Positions 38,252-43,453 of a DNA stretch of 43,453 nucleotides are shown here, piece by piece; position 1 is the stretch's first letter; every line of letters starts with the position of its first letter. The stretch covers positions 1-43,453 of the forward strand of contig JBEUKZ010000033.1 of NCBI GenBank assembly GCA_048128005.1, read 5' to 3'. A program made the position numbers and the translations under genes. The DNA comes from Veleropilina oligotropha. Its lineage: Eukaryota. The notes below the pieces were generated by a model. That model had not been told where the DNA came from. It ran no database searches and was given only the letters and a program-made list of their open reading frames with translations.

Positions 38252-38493
38252 AACTTTGAATTGAGGTCTTGTGACTTTGATGGCTCGGATGTCTCGCGAG
38301 ACTTGGCGAGATCTCGCCGGGGGAACTTAGGAGAGGTGGAGCAGGGGAGGTAATCGTAGTGGTTTTGACTTAAAAGGAGTGCATAATGTGACTTTATTCA
38401 CTGTTTCCGGTTGGCGATAATATGACTATTATGGCAAGAGTAAGGACGTAAGTATGTTTTAACTAATATTAGGTTTAATTAAAAACCTCATAT
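38252..38493 (+). repeat. DIRS B right ITR plus right extension
   Basis: Inverted copy of the left ITR plus TAACTAATATTAGGTTTAATTAAAAACCTCATAT. Confidence 0.93.
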
Positions 38494-39000
38494 TTCCCAC
38501 CTACCCATTTATGGTCTAATAAAATATTGTTATCGTTAATTTATTTAAAAAAAACAGAAACTGGTGTGAAACATCGCCATGAATAAAAGGCCTTTATTAA
38601 TTATCTTCATTTTAAACATATATTAATTTATCACATGACAAACCTGTTATGAAACGACAAAACCCATTTCATATTTTCAATATGAATCACACGTGTAATA
38701 ACCATGCAAATGAGGGCGAGCATCATCTGGCGCGAATATGATTAGATGGCGCATCATCTTAATTAATATATTGAATAACTCATACGCGTTGACTTGTCAT
38801 CTGCAGACAAAACAAAGATGTGTAACTACTTTTTTATTGGCGTACGTATGTATTTTGGCGTGGCACGTGCTGTCGAGACGTGATGCGTCTTATGGAGGCC
38901 GTTTTATGACTGAAAGTACAGATAGAAATCAGTTTTAAAACGTAGAAATGAATTTAAAAACGCAAAAAAATAAGTTTAAAGGTAATAAACAAAGTCATAT

Positions 39001-39158
39001 GATAAAGAAGATCTCAAACTCGTTTCCATTTTATATGACAATTATGAATCTCATCAGGAAAATTATGTACCTCGCCAAGGCTCGGTACATAAATTGTACC
39101 TGACTCGTTTCATAATTCTCATATGAAATGGAAACTCGTTTGTGATCCTCTATTTATC
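39001..39158. repeat. Imperfect ~158-bp hairpin, possibly the end of a non-autonomous Crypton-like element
   Basis: GTTTCCATTTTATATGACAATTATGAA pairs with TTCATAATTCTCATATGAAATGGAAAC, TTATGTACC with GGTACATAA; ends GATCCTCTATTT. Confidence 0.55.
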
Positions 39159-40725
39159 TTACATATTTTTGGATACGATAATCTATAAACCAATTCATGC
39201 AAAGAACACACACAAAAAGTGTCAGTTTAAATGATATTAAATTCTATTTTAAGGGACTGATTAAAATATGACATATATTGTATAATTTCTAAACAACTCT
39301 TGAAGTGTAATGGCCTCAGAAATATATTGATCTATCTATCTGTAGTACATGGAATACCGTCTGGTGGCAGCTCCCCTCTAAGCAAGAAGGAGTGTGTTGT
39401 GTAAATGCCCAATTCCCTGTCTAGATTGATTGATTGAATTGATGTTTAACGACCACGCCAACAATATTTCAGTCATATGTGGGTCGATAGACTTTAAATA
39501 CTCAAATTACCTGACATATTTGAAACAGTATTCAATTGTTACATATGAGACATACAATTAGATCAATATAAATATAAATTTGCATATATATTTTCTGCCA
39601 GCAGATTTGTAAAGTAAAAGGGTTCAAGTTTGTAAAATGTTGATTTGATAATGCAAAAGGGTGTAAAGTTTGTAAAATATATATTTGTAAAAGGGTTAAA
39701 GTTTAAAAAATATATTAGCTTATTTAAAAAGCAATTATGACATCAATTTTCTTTGAAGTGATAATGCCCAAAACATTTTTGATGTATTGGGTCTAATTCA
39801 ACGCAGTCCAAAATATGTTCAACTGTTATGTTAGAAGCACAACGAATGCACTCAGGTGGTGGCTCCCCTCGAAGCCAGCAGGAGTGAGTGTAGTGAGAAG
39901 GACCTCCACCAGACCGAATTGGATTTCTTCACGGTGTACGGACCTGTACAAGGGGCCACATTCACCAAGCAGAGGTCTAGTCAAGACGATCTTTACACGG
40001 CGTACGAGCCTGTAAGATATGCCTCATTTCGCCATCTACTGCAGTTTACCCCCGTGCATTCATCACAATTGTGTTGTTATACAATTGGAATATATTTATA
40101 GACTGTTTAAAATGCAAGGCTGATTTTGCTGATATATCGACCTTTTCATTACCTTGGATGCCAATATGGCTTGGTATCCCGAATAAAATGATGTTAGTTA
40201 AGATATTGTTGCATTTGAGCAAAATAGTTGTAAAATAAAATTTGTATTCATCCTCGTCAGTGCTTGGATGCTAGAGATGAAAAGTAAACATATGACTTTA
40301 GCACTGTTAAGGTTAAAGACAAATGTTTAATTAATTGTTTTATTTCCGAGGTATTTTCAGTAGCATTTTTAGTCAGACGGTTTTGAAAATAATGTCTACC
40401 GTTAACAGCTGCTGCACCTTTGCGAACTCTATCATTTGAACCATTGCTCCAAAATCACTCCATGGCTGGACACATATGTTATATTATAGTTACAGTTATC
40501 CAGGGGTCCTTCTGCGATAATATGGACATGTTTCTGTATGAACATGAACGGTGTTATATAATAATTATAAATAAATATATATTTAACTTTCACACAAATA
40601 AAGACATATTTGCATAGAGAAATATTGTAAATATTAATAAAACAGTAAAAACGAGTTGCTATTGATGCGTTTCCTAGCAAGTGTAACAGGTATCATAATA
40701 TATATCTCGACAATAAAAAGTATAT

Positions 40726-41650
40726 TTAGTATGTGGTTATTTCTACATGATTCTTTTTTATCTGGCCCCATTTTTCTGAATATGCTTCAAGAGAATCATT
40801 TTTTGTAGATATTATTTTTTCAACGTTTGAAAAATATTGAATATATGCCTTTAATCCTCCAAATAATGGCAGTTGTTTGTTTAGTTTGTTCTTGTATATA
40901 AACAATTTTGTTATTAGTATTATATGGTTAATTAAATTTGTTGATGCAGGAGAGCCCATGATTATGGTTACAGGATCAAATAATGGTATGTTTCGTATAT
41001 CACGTCCGTTTAGCCACATGAAAAGTTCTTGCCACACCTGCTGTATAATATGACAATTTGTAAATAGGTGCAAAATATTTTCAACTGCTGAGTTACAAAA
41101 AGTACATTGGTCAGTTTCAGATAATTGTATTTTATTTAAAAATTCGTTCAACGGTAGAATCATAAGTAATATTTGATATTGGAAGTATTGCGCTTTTGCC
41201 TCTACGGTTATCGTTTGTGGCAAAGCAAATGCACATTTCCATGTGTTATCGTTCAGTTCGTCGGTGTTTAATTTATCTTTCCATTTAATTACTGATCGAA
41301 AAGACATAATATCAGTGTTACTTTGTTTCATTATAGTATATATGTTTGAACACCCGTTTTTATCCTTTAGTAATTCATATATATTTGAAGGTAGTTGTGG
41401 GTTGTCTGTTTTAATTAAATTTCCGTTTATTATTTCTTTCCAATTTCCGGGAATTTCATTTATAATCTTATAATAGTCTAAGTATGTGCCATTGATGTTG
41501 TAATTTTGTTTTAACTCACGGAATGAGATAAATATACCATGGTTATCTACAATATCTGCAATATAACGTATACCCTTAGTATTCCATGATTTTATCGGTA
41601 CAATATTTATATTATATCTGGTATCATAATTATTCAAATATGTGTATAAT
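40726..41650 (-). mobile_element. 5'-truncated Tx1/L1-like LINE, ORF2 C-terminus
   Basis: Open frame of about 300 aa with W..KGIRYIADI, FQYQIL..ILP.N and zf-RVT CTFC-x7-H-x4-C followed by VW; no RT core. Confidence 0.85.
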
Positions 41651-41674
41651 ATTTCCGGGGTGGAATGAAAGAAA

Positions 41675-41800
41675 AGTGGTTGGTTGGCAACTTTGTTTAC
41701 GACCACTTTTGCAATTGTTCAGCGTTAATGCAGTCGGGACACACTGTAAGCGGTAGAATAAGCCGCCGGCTGGCTTCGAACCTGGGTCCTCCTGGCTGTG
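41675..41800 (-). mobile_element. SINE-like fragment
   Basis: B-box GGTTCGAAGCC on - and AACC-type tail; related tail fragments at ~19830, ~21895 and ~39425. Confidence 0.4.
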
Positions 41801-42726
41801 TCGGTTCAGTGATACTCTAAGAAAGTGTGTACTGCAATTTCAGGGGGGTGTCAAATATTGATAAATGAAAGCTGATTAAGTAGTTTTTATATTAATTGTT
41901 GGCGAATAGTTGTGACATCGGATAAATCATATTTATTGTGTTAAAAGATAAAATAGATATAAACTTTGTATCTATACTGTTAAAAAAACGTTCGGAATAT
42001 TCAGATTTATACTCAAATTGCGGTTTATATGGTTAATTTTACAGAAGCATGAAATATACCAAAAGAATCAATAATCAAGTCTATATAAGTCTGGTGTATT
42101 TGTTGTGAGATCATAAGGAAGATACCGCCGTGTTATGTACTGACTCCAGCACGTGTGCCCACGGGGAAATAATCAGCAATCACTGCTAAAATATGCTACA
42201 TTTTTCTGCACAATTCAATAACATGTGAGGCCAACAAGAAGTAATGCATTTTGTTAATTTTGGGTGATGACTCATTTGAATGTTTCTGGTATCGCCCTCT
42301 TCATCGTGGCCTCTTATCAAATGCAACAGGCTTCTTTTGATTTAATTACTGATTCTTTTGGTGTATTGCATTCTTCTGTAAAGTTAACAACAAATCGCAA
42401 TTTCAGTATAAATCTGAATATTCCGAACTTTTTTTAGCAGTATAGATAAAAAGTTTCTATTTATTTTATCTTTTAACACATTAAATATCCGATGCCACAA
42501 CTATTCGACTGCAAATAAAATACAAATTAATTATAAAACAACAAACAATGTTTGGTCTTCCAAGTTGAATCAGCAAAACTTTTTGTAACATCCACACATA
42601 TCATATGATATGCAAGTAAGGCATTGTAGGTCAATATGCGTTCATTACGGGCAATACCACTTGAATATGTCATATCTTATTGGACATGGTTGGTGTTACA
42701 TCATGGTATATCTCATTTTACAAGGG

Positions 42727-42946
42727 GGCCGCTCCGACAGTCGTGTGTATTCGGTTGCAAACTATGATATCACTGTCTTGATTCCGCTGACACTAGCAAT
42801 GGTGGGTTCGAACCTCGGTTGTCACATTGACATTATTTGTTCACATGTGAATCACAGCTGTTCGTAACTGGTCGGAGAGGGCTTTCCTCCAGCGATAATA
42901 TGGACATAACCTGCTTTAAATATACAGGATAGTAAAAATCGATCCA
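42727..42946 (+). mobile_element. tRNA-derived SINE, same family as 18370-18630
   Basis: GGCCGCTCCGACAGTCGTG head, B-box GGTTCGAACC, TGAATCACAG..TAACTGGTCGGAGAGGG body. Confidence 0.65.
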
Positions 42947-43453
42947 ATCACATTTTAAAAGTAAATGTTTAAAAGTGTTGAAAATTATTGAATTGTCCTA
43001 TGAAATTGACCATTACTGATATTGAGTAGTTCCTTTAGTTGTTGAGAAATATAATAGTAGTATACTCCTGTCTCCATATGCTGTTGATTAAAATATTCAC
43101 CATGAAATATTGATGACGCCACGTGTGACAGGGTGCGCATTGTCGCGTGGGTTTAGGAAACTCATATGTCCAAACAAATAAACACACGGACCCGGTACAC
43201 CGCCTGTCTTGATTATATCGTCTCTTTGTTCGATTCCTGGTAGCAAGACATGTTGTTTAGATATTTGATCTGCTAGCCCGCTGCGAGATTGCAATCATCA
43301 TGGAGAGATGCAACACCGGACACGGGGGATCAGTAGTGGATTGCTTTAGGAAATGGAAGATAAATAATTACCTAGTCTAAATTCGGGAATAAGACGAGTA
43401 TGGCGTTTTCTGTATCTGGTTCACTATCGATATCTTTAAGTCAGAAAACAATT

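Larger units (their letters stand above)
31190..38493 (+). mobile_element. DIRS1-like retrotransposon, copy B (full length, younger)
   Basis: Same architecture as A; ITRs appear identical over ~208 bp; TAT at both ends (31190-31192, 38491-38493) matches the ICR joint CTCA-TAT-GTAG. Confidence 0.96.

Noticed and set aside
22839..38493. Tandem duplication, or prophage/integron because of the recombinase and methylase
   Set aside because: Flanks are unrelated, each copy has self-consistent ITR/ICR variants, and RT/RNaseH plus ICR define DIRS1.
39015..39058. Hammerhead core CTGATGAG...GAAAC on the minus strand
   Set aside because: No stem II closing pair; explained by the surrounding hairpin repeat.
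41651..41706. N-terminus of the 326-aa minus-strand ORF as a real gene start
   Set aside because: It runs into an adjacent SINE-like tail; the ORF is a truncated LINE remnant.
42400..42450. Candidate WIF1 exon 3 after TTTCAG or TTAGCAG
   Set aside because: In-frame stops within a few codons and no WIF similarity.

Overview
Animal (invertebrate, probably lophotrochozoan judging by the repeat types) genomic DNA, almost entirely intronic or intergenic and very repeat-rich. The host gene is on the + strand: two coding exons (10410-10524, 21350-21489) splice to a signal peptide plus the first half of a WIF domain, best matching WIF1/Shifted. No further exon was recognised. Intron 1 holds a 2.4 kb (TA)n tract, a decayed Tc1 (DD34E) transposon and a four-level nest of elements. 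Downstream of exon 2 lie two full-length, same-orientation DIRS1-like tyrosine-recombinase retrotransposons (A 22839-30049, B 31190-38493), each with ITRs, an internal complementary region (ICR), gag, RT/RNaseH/methyltransferase-like pol and YR. Comparing the two copies shows several less obvious features: (1) gag and a ~990-codon YR frame separated by a single TAG, with that frame overlapping pol for ~2 kb; (2) an in-frame TGA shared by both copies just upstream of a YR catalytic domain whose inspected differences are often synonymous; (3) a conserved candidate leader intron; (4) a conserved structured segment before the ICR; (5) copy-specific covariation between ICR and termini. The rest is Helentron-type (HINE) elements, Harbinger-like MITEs, tRNA-derived SINEs and CR1-like and Tx1/L1-like LINE fragments. 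All alignments were made by eye; boundaries of old repeats are approximate.
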